Source: an uncultured virus (IMG/VR IMGVR_UViG_3300037493_005562)
Lineage: Duplodnaviria > Heunggongvirae > Uroviricota > Caudoviricetes
DNA length: 64,000 nt
IMG/VR virus record: IMGVR_UViG_3300037493_005562
Strand: one strand, 5' to 3'
A program made the translations under genes and the position numbers. The notes beneath the pieces were generated by a model, which worked only from the letters and a program-made list of their open reading frames with translations, made no database searches and had not been told where the DNA came from. This document shows, in pieces, positions 37,557-47,066 of the stretch. Each line of letters starts with the position of its first letter. Position 1 is the stretch's first letter.

Positions 37557-38561
37557 ATGCAGCACGCCGAAGAGCCCGACGCCAAGTCCGACGAGATCGA
37601 TACGCCGGAAACGATTTCCGCGTACGCCGTGACGATCTCGACGGCGTTTGACCACGTGCGAAAAATGGCGCTAGAAGTTGCCGGAAAGCACGCGGCGACA
37701 GATCCCGACACCGCTCAGCTCTACAACACCTGGGCTGACAACCTCGAAGACGCCAAGAACGTGTGGGTGGATCTCGAAGGTCCCGAATCTCCCGACAAGA
37801 CCACCATGATCGAGCGTGCAGTCGATGCGACGATCATCACGGAGGCCAACGCGCCGCAAGGAGCGGATAAGGACGCCGAGGGCGGCCTCGTGATGCAGTG
37901 GCTCTCGGTGCTCAAGAAGGTAGACCCCGGAGCGCTGCGGCGGAAGCCACGGACGACGGAAGCCTTCGCCCGGAGGATCTCCCTCGAATTGATGATGCCT
38001 GACAACTTGGACCGAAAAGATCCGGCATCGATGGACGCGCTAAACGCCATCGCGGCGGAAGTAGCGTTCATGGCTAACGATACCGCGTATCCCGATTTCG
38101 CCACGGGGATCCGATACCTCGGGCATTTAGCGCTGTCTGAACTGAACGGGATGGGGGCTTCTGCGTCCGCAGCGGTCGTTTCGTCGCTCGTGCTCTCTTG
38201 CACTCCGAAAGTTAAGCCCCCGAAGCCCGTGCGCGCCCCCGCGTTGTATCGTCCGCGTCCGCCGACAATACCGCAGCGCGCTCCGCCTCGGGCTCCCCCC
38301 AAGCCCAAGGTGCGTCTTCGCACCGAGGAAATCCATGCGCGTCCCCGAGGGCGCGTGCGTGTTCACGAGGACGAAGAGACAGAGTCAGCGCTGAACCGTG
38401 CAGGTGTCGCAATCATCGAGGGGCTCGCCGCTGTGGATGCGTCTGTGGATGCTGTGCAAGCATTTCACCGTAGATTCGTGGAGACACAGACGAAGTTCCG
38501 CCGCCCCGACGGTGCCGTTGATTGGGGTAGTCTTCTCATCGCCGTCCGTAACGCGCGATAG
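37557..38561 (+). CDS. Hypothetical helical protein with P-rich linker
   Basis: GAGGA RBS; long ORF. Confidence 0.7.
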   Translation: MQHAEEPDAKSDEIDTPETISAYAVTISTAFDHVRKMALEVAGKHAATDPDTAQLYNTWADNLEDAKNVWVDLEGPESPDKTTMIERAVDATIITEANAPQGADKDAEGGLVMQWLSVLKKVDPGALRRKPRTTEAFARRISLELMMPDNLDRKDPASMDALNAIAAEVAFMANDTAYPDFATGIRYLGHLALSELNGMGASASAAVVSSLVLSCTPKVKPPKPVRAPALYRPRPPTIPQRAPPRAPPKPKVRLRTEEIHARPRGRVRVHEDEETESALNRAGVAIIEGLAAVDASVDAVQAFHRRFVETQTKFRRPDGAVDWGSLLIAVRNAR

Positions 38562-38570
38562 GACACCGTC

Positions 38571-39164
38571 ATGAAACCTTTGAACACCCTGCTCCAGCAC
38601 CCAATGCCTCCCCCCGAGGTGGAGGACGTCGTCGTGGGTATGTCGACGCCTCGGACGACAGCCGCGTCGGTCACGACAGGGCAGGTCCCGGCTCAGGTCC
38701 CACATCCGACTCCCCCTCCGAGTCCGATCCCGGCCCCCCTCCCGGTTCCCGAACGCCAGCACTCGAAGCGAATTCCGATCCGTCCAGGGTCGGGCCCCGT
38801 TGTCATCGAGCCCGGAATAGTCCCCGGTGCTGTCGAGAAGGCAGATCGCTCCGGCCCCGTAACGGGCGCGAGAATCGTCCTTTTTGTACAGCGGCGGCCG
38901 ATGTCCTCGGGAGCACTGGCTAACCGTTTGCGAATGGAAGAAAGCTACATTCGCCGCGTGTGTCGGATGCTTGTGGACGCGGGGATACTTCGAGCCGAAA
39001 TCAAGCCGCAGCGAGGCACACGTCCTCTACGTGTTTACTCACTGGCGTTTGCCGTGACAGCTACCCCCCCTGCAATGATCTCGACTTCTACGGTGATTCC
39101 CGGGGCCGGGACTTCCCCCAGCCCAATCGTGTTGGCGGCACCCCTCGCTAAGAAGGTGGGGTAG
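38571..39164 (+). CDS. P-rich protein with winged-HTH domain
   Basis: PMSSGALANRL.M....IRR....LVDAGIL...RVYSL. Confidence 0.65.
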   Translation: MKPLNTLLQHPMPPPEVEDVVVGMSTPRTTAASVTTGQVPAQVPHPTPPPSPIPAPLPVPERQHSKRIPIRPGSGPVVIEPGIVPGAVEKADRSGPVTGARIVLFVQRRPMSSGALANRLRMEESYIRRVCRMLVDAGILRAEIKPQRGTRPLRVYSLAFAVTATPPAMISTSTVIPGAGTSPSPIVLAAPLAKKVG

Positions 39165-39266
39165 CAGTAGAGCCCCACGTTGCAGGAAACAGAGAACGGT
39201 CATAGGATGGGACCAAGTTGACAAGCAAGTGCGGTCCCAAAGCACACACCAACTTCGGAGAGCAAA

Positions 39267-39938
39267 ATGCCCGGTGAGAATGAAGGCGCGCAGATCATCC
39301 AGATCGTCCCGGAAGCCAACAACCACATGCCTGAAGCTCCGACGGGACCCCTCGGCGGTCTCATCGGGGTAGCGGACTCGGCGGCAGCCCACATCAACCA
39401 GGGTGGTGCAGCGGCGCGTGTGGCAGACGCGTTGATGAACGGTCGCCCTGTGACGCAGCAGGACGTGTTCGCGGCTCTTGGCCGTGGCGGCATTCCCGGC
39501 GCGATGGGGTTCATGGCCGGAATCGTCCCCGTGCCCATCGGTCAGGCTCCAGCCCCCGTCGCGGCCCCGGCGCCCGTGGCGCTTCCGCAGACAGGTCTTG
39601 TCCCGGCTCCTCGTCGTCGCGCGAAGTCCCCTGCGACCGACGTCGTCAAGCCGACCGCGCCGAAGAAGCTCCCGTTGGATCAGGCGCTCAACCGTGTAGG
39701 CAAGCGCCTCGCGAACGCCCTCTCCGAGATGATCCCCGGTTGCGGCGTCACGGTCACGCTCTACCCGGAGCCGGATGGAGACGGCACAGTGTTCCACTGC
39801 GCGACCATCATCCCGCCCGACGGCGACAACGATCAGGTCGACATCCTCTCCGAAGCCCGCGGCGACATGGACAACCTCGGCGCTACGTTGTTGGCGGTGT
39901 TCCAGGACACGGCCCAGGTGATCAGCGACCGCGAATAG
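39267..39938 (+). CDS. Hypothetical protein
   Basis: GGAGAG RBS; strong codon bias. Confidence 0.75.
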   Translation: MPGENEGAQIIQIVPEANNHMPEAPTGPLGGLIGVADSAAAHINQGGAAARVADALMNGRPVTQQDVFAALGRGGIPGAMGFMAGIVPVPIGQAPAPVAAPAPVALPQTGLVPAPRRRAKSPATDVVKPTAPKKLPLDQALNRVGKRLANALSEMIPGCGVTVTLYPEPDGDGTVFHCATIIPPDGDNDQVDILSEARGDMDNLGATLLAVFQDTAQVISDRE

Positions 39939-39944
39939 GTACCT

Positions 39945-40138
39945 CCGTCCGCGACTTCGGAGTCCAGCGGACGAGCCCTGCGAGACCTTCCCTGTCCGAG
40001 TGGCGAGGAAGGCAAACAATAATCTCAAGCATATATGAGATAGCGTTTGCCGGGACGCGCAGGCGCCCTCGCTTCGGTCGTGGCGGTTTCTGCCGCCGAG
40101 TGTGGGATGCAGCACTCCCCTGGGTAACTCCCAGGTGT
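39945..40138 (-). ncRNA. Candidate structured non-coding RNA
   Basis: Intergenic, nested stems, directly downstream of promoter motif copy 3. Confidence 0.45.
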
Positions 40139-40144
40139 CTGACA

Positions 40145-40171
40145 TGTAACCTATCCGTCTACGTTGTCAAG
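40145..40171 (-). promoter_or_regulatory. Shared promoter-like motif copy 3
   Basis: cTTGACA-N14-GTTACA. Confidence 0.65.
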
Positions 40172-40223
40172 TAAGACTGGCGCCCGTCGCCTGCCCACTG
40201 TAGATTGCGCTCGGAGGTTGACT

Positions 40224-40340
40224 ATGACTACGATTCGTACGGTTCTGCTTGTTCTTCTCGGTTTCGCCATCATCCCCGCGCTCATCACGGCCTGCAAGGA
40301 TGAAGTCGTGGCGGACAGCCAGAGCGAGACCGGTCTGTAG
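40224..40340 (+). CDS. 38-aa lipoprotein candidate (below ORF-track cutoff)
   Basis: GGAGG RBS; MTTIRTVLLVLLGFAIIPALITA-C-KDEVVADSQSETGL with lipobox ITAC. Confidence 0.65.
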   Translation: MTTIRTVLLVLLGFAIIPALITACKDEVVADSQSETGL

Positions 40341-40384
40341 GATCGCGTTGAACCGGAAGACTCTGGGAGGTCCCGGGGTCTTCT

Positions 40385-40633
40385 TCAAGGCACTTCTTCG
40401 CGCAGGTAGCTGATCAGCTCTTCGCGCTCGTTGGGATCGAGGCGGTTCCACAGGTGAAGGACGTCGATCAGCGGCTCGTTCAGGTTCTCAAAACCGGTCG
40501 ATCGGACCACGAAGCGTGCGAGCACGCGTGTTGTAGGATCTGACACTTGGGCAAGCACGTGAGGGTGCTGCCCTTGATCGAGGGCTTTGTCGAGGCGCGC
40601 GAAGTGTCGCATTCGGCGTTCGAGATCGTTCAT
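40385..40633 (-). CDS. Hypothetical protein
   Basis: ATGA overlap. Confidence 0.6.
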   Translation of the reverse strand: MNDLERRMRHFARLDKALDQGQHPHVLAQVSDPTTRVLARFVVRSTGFENLNEPLIDVLHLWNRLDPNEREELISYLREEVP

Positions 40634-41133
40634 TTCGGAGTCCGCGCCTTTCGCGCGAGGTTGTCCTCGTGTACGAGCGCACGGACTTTGCGCCGGATCT
40701 CGTCGAGCGCCTCCTTATCGGTCTTTGCCTCGGCCCAGAGGGTGTGCCCGTTGTCCGAGAGCCGCCAGGACACGCCGGGTGTCTTGTTCGTGTTCGGACA
40801 CCCATTGTCGAAGTGCTCGGATACGCGCCACCCCGCTGCGCGCAGGTCGTCCGCGTTCGATGCGCCGAAGCACAGCTTGGGGAGCGGCGTGCCTCGAAAC
40901 GTGCAGAGGTACCCGTACTTCGGGGACCAGTCGGGTTCTGATTCGTCGCCGGGGATACGCGTGAACGTCGAGGAGCACTGTTTGCAGGATTCTTCGGGCC
41001 CGGGTTCGTTGTAGCCGTAGCCTGGGCTCTCACGGCAGATCGGACAGCGCCAGTAGTTTCCGGCGTCGTGGTACACCCACTCGATGACGACGCGTTCGGT
41101 TTTGGGTGTGAGGATGACGGTCGGTTCGGTCAC
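40630..41133 (-). CDS. Hypothetical protein with CxxC pairs
   Basis: CPIC...CKQC; coupled. Confidence 0.65.
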   Translation of the reverse strand: MTEPTVILTPKTERVVIEWVYHDAGNYWRCPICRESPGYGYNEPGPEESCKQCSSTFTRIPGDESEPDWSPKYGYLCTFRGTPLPKLCFGASNADDLRAAGWRVSEHFDNGCPNTNKTPGVSWRLSDNGHTLWAEAKTDKEALDEIRRKVRALVHEDNLARKARTPK

Positions 41134-41714
41134 GGAGTCCCCCGGAACACGTTCTCTTCGCCGAGCAGGTTCGCCGCGCGACGTTCGACGTCTTCGACGA
41201 GCGAGATCCGCTTATTCGCGCGCTCCAGATCGAAGAGAGCACTGTCGTGGTAGTCCGTGAAGCTAAGACGCAGACCCAGCTCCTTGGCTACGGCCAAGGG
41301 TTCCCCTTCGGTCCCGTGGTCAAAGCGGAGCGTGATGAGATTGTCGTGTTCCTGAAGAACAATGTTCGTGTACCCGCCGTAGGCTCCGAGTTCGATGCGT
41401 CGGTTCTTCCGAAGCGCGTTCATGACCTCTCGTGGAAGCTCGTTTCTTGTCCCGCCGAAATCTGGCCGGGTGGGCGGGAGAGAGAACGCGCGGCAGTTTG
41501 TGGCGGTGGATGCCGCGACCGTCTTGTTGTCGGTGTGGCCCTCGAACGTCCAAAACGAGCCTTTCAAATGGCTCGTGATGTCGAGGTTTGATGCGACCAG
41601 CTTCGCTTCGATCTCGGCGAGTCGTTCTTCCGTTTGGCGCTTCGCTTCGAGTAGCTCGTCGCGATGCTGACGGAGAAGAGCCACCTGTTTGGGACTCAGC
41701 GTTTCGTAGCTCAT
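41130..41714 (-). CDS. Hypothetical protein
   Basis: ATGA overlap at 41714. Confidence 0.7.
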   Translation of the reverse strand: MSYETLSPKQVALLRQHRDELLEAKRQTEERLAEIEAKLVASNLDITSHLKGSFWTFEGHTDNKTVAASTATNCRAFSLPPTRPDFGGTRNELPREVMNALRKNRRIELGAYGGYTNIVLQEHDNLITLRFDHGTEGEPLAVAKELGLRLSFTDYHDSALFDLERANKRISLVEDVERRAANLLGEENVFRGTP

Positions 41715-42193
41715 TTGTTCTTCATCCCCTTGAACGTGGACCCGGAATCCGTGAACGGCCCGATGACGGTTTCCCAGTTGACGTGGATTTCGGCCTTGTT
41801 TTCCTCTTCGCGTTCCGCGAGCCACTGGAGCAGGGGTCCCTCGTCCTTTGCGGAGGCGGCCAGCATGTCCGGCGGCGGAATCTCGGGCAGAAGACGCAAC
41901 GGGATCGCAGTGCCGTGGTGGGGATCCAGATCCCAGTCCACTTCGGGGAACAGGTAGTGGCTCTTGAACTTCTCGCGGTGGAGCATGTAGTTCATTTGGC
42001 CGCGATCAGGAGTGTTCTCTCCCTCGTAGTGGTAGACGAGGCGCTTCCCGTCGTCTCGGATCTCGAAGTGTTCGAGGCACGCAATCCCTACGCCCCCGTT
42101 CCGGGCGTGGATGACGTACGCGCGCCCCAGGACGATGTCGGCCAGGGGGATGCGTCGGGCGAGCAGGGCGGCTTCATGGTCGGAGATGGACAT
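41711..42193 (-). CDS. Hypothetical protein
   Basis: ATG 7 nt downstream of promoter motif copy 4. Confidence 0.7.
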   Translation of the reverse strand: MSISDHEAALLARRIPLADIVLGRAYVIHARNGGVGIACLEHFEIRDDGKRLVYHYEGENTPDRGQMNYMLHREKFKSHYLFPEVDWDLDPHHGTAIPLRLLPEIPPPDMLAASAKDEGPLLQWLAEREEENKAEIHVNWETVIGPFTDSGSTFKGMKNK

Positions 42194-42200
42194 ATGTCTA

Positions 42201-42227
42201 TGTAACCTGTACGGCTACGAAGTCAAG
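42201..42227 (-). promoter_or_regulatory. Shared promoter-like motif copy 4
   Basis: cTTGACT-N14-GTTACA, overlapping the upstream stop codon. Confidence 0.65.
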
Positions 42228-42444
42228 AACGTGCCCGAAGAACCCCAAGGTCGAGCCCTACCTCGATGATGTTTGCCTCTGTGACGGACTCAAAACGGCC
42301 CTTCTTGCCGGTGTACCAGACAGTGTGTCCATCTGTCTCGACGAAACCCTCGTCAACGATGACGTCCTGTTGTTCGTTGCTCAGTAAGAAGGACAAGAGG
42401 AGTTCCCCAACGAGATCATAAGTCAAGGTCTGGCGCTCGTTCAC
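42223..42444 (-). CDS. Hypothetical protein
   Basis: GTGA overlap start. Confidence 0.55.
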   Translation of the reverse strand: MNERQTLTYDLVGELLLSFLLSNEQQDVIVDEGFVETDGHTVWYTGKKGRFESVTEANIIEVGLDLGVLRARS

Positions 42445-42719
42445 TCCATTCTCCGTGCGATGTCGATCAGAAGCGTATTCCCAGGAGCAACCTCGACGCC
42501 AACGCGCTTGGAAAACTCGGCGCACCAAGCTTCAATCGGCACGTCGCGGGGTCGGAAGTCGCTCAGCGCGGAGAGATCCGTGACGAAGGCTTGCGCCATT
42601 CCTGGGTCGTTCGCCATGTCCGCGATCACGTCGAGCAAGTGTTGGACCTTGGGTCCGAGGTCGTCAGAGGTGACGCCGTCTTGGGGGGCGAAGGTGACGG
42701 TGGTTCGGCGACGGCTCAT
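42441..42719 (-). CDS. Hypothetical protein
   Basis: GAGGAG RBS; coupled. Confidence 0.65.
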   Translation of the reverse strand: MSRRRTTVTFAPQDGVTSDDLGPKVQHLLDVIADMANDPGMAQAFVTDLSALSDFRPRDVPIEAWCAEFSKRVGVEVAPGNTLLIDIARRME

Positions 42720-43030
42720 TCGCTCTCCTCACGGCGGAGGGCCGTCAAGAGGACCGCCACGCGTTCGAGTTCTACCTTCAATCGTTCCACTTCATCTTCG
42801 GCCTCGATCGCGCGCTGGTACCAGCCCTGAAGGTCGCCAACGATGACGTGTTCTTCGGCGTGGCGGCGGCGCAGGTGCTTGCCCCGACGTTCGGACTTCC
42901 GGAAGGTCTCGGAGAGGGCGTCGGCGGCTTCGGTGAGCAGATCGTCGGGGACGAAATCCGTAGACGAAAACGCAGCCTCTTTTCGCAGACGCTCAATCAG
43001 ATCCTTGATGTCGCGTTCGACTTTTTTCAT
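42716..43030 (-). CDS. Coiled-coil hypothetical protein
   Basis: ATGA overlap. Confidence 0.65.
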   Translation of the reverse strand: MKKVERDIKDLIERLRKEAAFSSTDFVPDDLLTEAADALSETFRKSERRGKHLRRRHAEEHVIVGDLQGWYQRAIEAEDEVERLKVELERVAVLLTALRREESE

Positions 43031-43320
43031 TTTTGCACCATGGTTAGAGCCGCGCCCGCACCGAGCAGCACGAGCATCCCAGATGCGATGAGATCCGTCT
43101 CGAAACGTGCGCGAGCGGACTTTTCGGTGACGGCCGAGTACCGTTCCTCGTCCTTGTACATACGGGCTACGGCGACGTCCGCACGCCAGCTCGCGATGCG
43201 TATCGCAAGGGCTACTCCGAGTAGAAAGAGGGCGAGCCACGGTTCCTGCACGATCTGTGATCCCAGCGCGACGAGCACGAATCCGAGGATCAGATCCGTT
43301 ACGATACCGCCTTTTGTCAT
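43027..43320 (-). CDS. Small membrane protein (about 3 TM)
   Basis: Hydrophobic helices; coupled. Confidence 0.65.
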   Translation of the reverse strand: MTKGGIVTDLILGFVLVALGSQIVQEPWLALFLLGVALAIRIASWRADVAVARMYKDEERYSAVTEKSARARFETDLIASGMLVLLGAGAALTMVQK

Positions 43321-43640
43321 CGAAGGTTCTCCACCAGCTCGCACTTCGCGTTGTAGTGCTGTCCCAGGTAGACGGCGAGACGGGACAGAAACGCCTCCTC
43401 CGTACATCGTGTTCGTCGAGGCTCTACAGAAGAGGGATCCTCGGGAATATCTCTGATCCACTCGCAGAGCCCTTGCGCTTTCCAGCGCTCTACCGCGGTT
43501 GTCAGCTCTCCCTGGGCGTACTCGGACTCAAGACCTTGCTCCGGGGTCCACGTTAGGACGAGACACGGAGGTCCGTCGCCGAAGGACACGCATAGTCGTT
43601 TCATCGACAGAGGTTTGTCCTGTTGGTCGCCCGGGATCAT
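43317..43640 (-). CDS. Hypothetical protein
   Basis: ATGA overlap. Confidence 0.55.
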   Translation of the reverse strand: MIPGDQQDKPLSMKRLCVSFGDGPPCLVLTWTPEQGLESEYAQGELTTAVERWKAQGLCEWIRDIPEDPSSVEPRRTRCTEEAFLSRLAVYLGQHYNAKCELVENLR

Positions 43641-44014
43641 GCGATGTGATCTCCCGAAGGAAGTGTCTCGTTCTCGGGCCCGAACGAGGGGGCGACTCTC
43701 TGACGTCGAAGGTTGAACACGTCGGCGAGGTCGGGCTCGTGTTTCATCATCAGTCGGGCGTAAAACGCGGTGTGGTTGTTGTTCAGTTTGAACCCCGAAG
43801 CATCTCGCGTCTCCATCGCAATGTCCCATCGGGCGCGCTCGAAAAGCATCTTGGCTCCGAGCTTTCCTTCCCCGTGAACGGCAATCCACTCTCTGGCAAG
43901 CCGACACAGGACCACGTAGACGTGAGGGTTCGCAGCGTGAAAAGCCCAGAACGCACGTTCGAGCTTCATGGGGACTGTGAGCATTGTCACGTCCTCGTCT
44001 TCTTCGTAGTTCAT
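43637..44014 (-). CDS. Conserved phage-type hypothetical protein
   Basis: FH.ANPHVY...FER.RW...FKLNNN..A.YAR pattern. Confidence 0.75.
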   Translation of the reverse strand: MNYEEDEDVTMLTVPMKLERAFWAFHAANPHVYVVLCRLAREWIAVHGEGKLGAKMLFERARWDIAMETRDASGFKLNNNHTAFYARLMMKHEPDLADVFNLRRQRVAPSFGPENETLPSGDHIA

Positions 44015-44028
44015 AAGTTCTCCGTCCC

Positions 44029-44784
44029 TTATTGGTGGATCCGCCCGAACAAGGTGATCTCGTTGTCGTCGTTCAACCGGTACCCCTGCCCTTCGAGACC
44101 CGTGCAGGCGTACGTTGTGGTGCCCCGCACGTCGGTCGCCTCGGTCACACGCGTGTTGTGGTGATGTCCGTATGCCCAAAGGCGAGGCCGCTTTCCGGTA
44201 AGCTCGATGCACCGTTGCAGCATCTTCGGCGTCGGTTGATCCGCCCGATCTGGATGCCCGTGATCCCCCGCCTCAGTCGGGCAGTCGTGGGTCACCACGA
44301 TCTCGGGACCCGTCTCCAGCGAGTCGAAGAAGCGCTCGAAGTCGACGCGCGTCGGGGACTCCTGCGGCCACCAGTCCCGGCCCTCAGTACGAAAGGCTTT
44401 GTCCGTAGACTCGGCGCCGCCAAGAAACGCGATGCGCCGTCCGCCGATCTTGTGGACCGAGCCCCGCTGCGCGAAGAAGCACGCCGGAGCGAGTTCCACG
44501 AGTTGGTCGTTCGGAATACCCTCGGCCATCTCGAACCAGTTCACCCAGTGCTCATGATTCCCGCCGCACGTGATCCAGGGGAACTTCTTCTTCCCCTGAC
44601 GCCCACGCTTCTCGAAGTATCGCTTGAGGGGATCGGGCCGCCAGAGCACTCCGAAATCGCCCACGGACACGACAGCGCACGCACCAATGTTCTGAGCGTA
44701 GATGTCGATGTCTGCGACGGCATCTGCGTTTCCATGCACGTCGCCGACGAAGAGGATTGGGGGTCGGGCTTTGGGATCAGACAC
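44029..44784 (-). CDS. Calcineurin-like metallophosphoesterase
   Basis: GDVHG, GDFG, GNHE, THD and GHHH motifs; start codon uncertain. Confidence 0.9.
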   Translation of the reverse strand: MSDPKARPPILFVGDVHGNADAVADIDIYAQNIGACAVVSVGDFGVLWRPDPLKRYFEKRGRQGKKKFPWITCGGNHEHWVNWFEMAEGIPNDQLVELAPACFFAQRGSVHKIGGRRIAFLGGAESTDKAFRTEGRDWWPQESPTRVDFERFFDSLETGPEIVVTHDCPTEAGDHGHPDRADQPTPKMLQRCIELTGKRPRLWAYGHHHNTRVTEATDVRGTTTYACTGLEGQGYRLNDDNEITLFGRIHQ

Positions 44785-44811
44785 AGGTTCCGTTCACGGC
44801 GGAGGGTTGGG

Positions 44812-45111
44812 TCAAGAAGGGTCCGGTTTCCGCGGTTCCGGATCCTCAGGGTCGGTCGTCCAGATCGTTCCGGGACGCTTGAAGTGGTCGCGGGCTAGCC
44901 CCGCTCGTTCTAGGTCAGGCTCACAGGGCTCGTACCAGTCAACCTTACCGGGAGGGTCGTCGCGGTCGCAGACAGTAAGTCTTTTCCCTGCGAAGTTGCA
45001 GTAGGGTCCCCGTCCGTTTTCTCCGATGGCGTCGGGGCCCACGTAACCGAAACAGAAGTCGCCGGGGCACTTGCGGTAGCGTTCGTTCCGTTCGTCGTTT
45101 GAATCAGCCAT
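44812..45111 (-). CDS. Small Cys-containing hypothetical protein
   Basis: ATG 7 nt downstream of promoter motif copy 5. Confidence 0.6.
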   Translation of the reverse strand: MADSNDERNERYRKCPGDFCFGYVGPDAIGENGRGPYCNFAGKRLTVCDRDDPPGKVDWYEPCEPDLERAGLARDHFKRPGTIWTTDPEDPEPRKPDPS

Positions 45112-45118
45112 GCTCCTA

Positions 45119-45145
45119 CGTAACCTATACGCCTACGTTGTCGAG
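45119..45145 (-). promoter_or_regulatory. Shared promoter-like motif copy 5
   Basis: cTCGACA-N14-GTTACG, overlapping the upstream stop codon. Confidence 0.6.
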
Positions 45146-45720
45146 CCGGGGCCTCGGGGTCGAGACAGGCTCGCGATCTGCTGCTCGGTGACATCGATCT
45201 GAGCTTTGACCCCGCCCTGCTCTTTGCTGAGCGCCTTGATCTCTACGTGGAGCCGCTCGACGTCCTTGATCTTGGCGTCGCGCACGTCGGTGAGCGCCTG
45301 CATCCTGAGCGACAGCTCGTTCTTCCGCGCGAGGAGCGTGCGTACCTTGGCGTCGCGAGAACCTACCGCTCCTTGAAGCCCTTTGGAGATCGTCGTCTCT
45401 CCAGGAATAGGCTCCTTGCCTCGGAACCAGCTCCACACAAGAGCCTGCTGCCGGTTCTGGAACCGCAGGTAGGTGATCACGGCTCCATCGGCGGCCATCA
45501 CGAACATGCCCTGGCAGTCGTGTGCGACGAAGTACCGACTCTCGTGATCGACGTTGTACCTACCACAGACTTGGGCTGCGGTCTCGGGCGTCAGCACGTG
45601 CCCGCGCGCGATGGCATCTTTGATCGCGAGTCGGATCTCGTCCTCGTTCGAGGTCGGGTGGTGGATCCGGTACGAGTCCATCACGTGGTACGTGAGGTGG
45701 ATCGGCTGTTCGTCCGTCAC
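45133..45720 (-). CDS. Hypothetical protein with C-terminal coiled coil
   Basis: GGAGG RBS, GTGA overlap. Confidence 0.7.
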   Translation of the reverse strand: MTDEQPIHLTYHVMDSYRIHHPTSNEDEIRLAIKDAIARGHVLTPETAAQVCGRYNVDHESRYFVAHDCQGMFVMAADGAVITYLRFQNRQQALVWSWFRGKEPIPGETTISKGLQGAVGSRDAKVRTLLARKNELSLRMQALTDVRDAKIKDVERLHVEIKALSKEQGGVKAQIDVTEQQIASLSRPRGPGSTT

Positions 45721-45968
45721 TGGGCCTCCAACCGCGCTCTCGCGACCTCGACCAAGCGCTCTACCTCGGACTGGGGCAGGTACGCGTACACAAGCGTCGT
45801 CCCCGCCTGCACGTGTTCTACGGGTACACGAGGTTCCTCTCCCGCCAGTCGCACGAGCTTCTCGATCTGGTAGAAGCTGAACAGTGCTTCTGTGTGTTCG
45901 CGGGCGTGCGCTCGACAGTAGCGCAGAAACCCCTGCGCAGACCAGTCTACGGGAATGGCGTGGTCCAT
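45717..45968 (-). CDS. Hypothetical protein
   Basis: Downstream of promoter motif copy 6. Confidence 0.6.
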   Translation of the reverse strand: MDHAIPVDWSAQGFLRYCRAHAREHTEALFSFYQIEKLVRLAGEEPRVPVEHVQAGTTLVYAYLPQSEVERLVEVARARLEAQ

Positions 45969-46012
45969 CGCTTTTGGATTGGTGGACGTGGGAGCCCCAA
46001 AAAGTAAATATG

Positions 46013-46039
46013 CGTAACCTACCTGACTACGTTGTCAAG
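46013..46039 (-). promoter_or_regulatory. Shared promoter-like motif copy 6
   Basis: cTTGACA-N14-GTTACG. Confidence 0.65.
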
Positions 46040-46168
46040 CGAGGGGTGTGTACAGACCGTCTTGACGGGGGGAGTGGGTGTCCCGTATAAAGATCAAGGA
46101 TCCTTGGCTTTCGAGTAAGCCTCGACGCCGCGATCAAAAGTAAACGTAAGACCCACAGGGAGCCACCC

Positions 46169-47047
46169 GTGCGCGCACTTCTCTGTTCTGGCGGTAACGC
46201 CAAGATTCCTCTTGCGATGTACACGCTGCGCCAGCTTCGCGCGCTTCACGGCACAGAGTACCGCCTTGTCGCAGGTGTTTCTTGCGGCAGCATCGAGGGC
46301 GCGAAGTTCGCAGAGGATCTCGGTGAGTCGGGCGCTCTGGACGAGTTGGAGAAGCTGATCCGGCAAGTGGACGGGGTGGACTTCTACATGAAGCCAAACC
46401 TCCGTACCGACATCGGGCATCGAAAGAACCTGGAGAAGCGACACAGGGCAGGGCTGATGACTCTGGCCCCCCTGCATGAGCGCATGATGGACAGCCTCCA
46501 CCCGGAGCGTATTCCCGAGGGAGTTCGTTGTGAGGTAGGCATGGTCGATCTGCGAACGAAGGAGTATCTCTCCATCGCGCAGCGCGAGACTCTCGACAAG
46601 AGAGCGTGGGCCACGGCGATTTGTGCCTCGTGTGCAGAAGCGCCCGTCATGGATTGGTGGCCCGTTACAACGCGAGACAACCCGCAGCCGCGTGCCTGCA
46701 TCGACGGGGGTTTCCGTCATGTCGTCCCTGACATCGGCGAGCGGTGGCGGCAGTTCAGCGCGATCGACGTCATCTTGCACTCTACGGTGGACCGCAGCCA
46801 CAACCTCGATCTGGAAGACGTGGACGACATGCTTGAAGTTGCGGGACGAGCCGCAGAAATCTGGACGGACGGCATCATCCTGCGTGACCTTGAACGCCTG
46901 AAGATGTACGCGGCGCACGGAGTACATGTCACGCTCTATGCTCCGCCCGAAAGCCCTCGTGACCCGTTCGACGCCTCGAAGGAGACCATGGCGTGGCGGC
47001 TAGAGGAGCTTGGCCCCAAGGTCTGGAACAACGGCCAGCCACTCTAA
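46169..47047 (+). CDS. Patatin-like phospholipase
   Basis: SGGNAK oxyanion loop, GVSCG nucleophile elbow, DGG motif; GGGAG RBS. Confidence 0.85.
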   Translation: MRALLCSGGNAKIPLAMYTLRQLRALHGTEYRLVAGVSCGSIEGAKFAEDLGESGALDELEKLIRQVDGVDFYMKPNLRTDIGHRKNLEKRHRAGLMTLAPLHERMMDSLHPERIPEGVRCEVGMVDLRTKEYLSIAQRETLDKRAWATAICASCAEAPVMDWWPVTTRDNPQPRACIDGGFRHVVPDIGERWRQFSAIDVILHSTVDRSHNLDLEDVDDMLEVAGRAAEIWTDGIILRDLERLKMYAAHGVHVTLYAPPESPRDPFDASKETMAWRLEELGPKVWNNGQPL

Positions 47048-47066
47048 CCCGTGCAGGGTATCGCTT

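Noticed and set aside
39039..40145. 368-aa minus-strand ORF starting inside promoter motif copy 3
   Set aside because: Overlaps the well-supported plus-strand gene 39267-39938 in antisense, has no RBS, and has shadow-frame composition.
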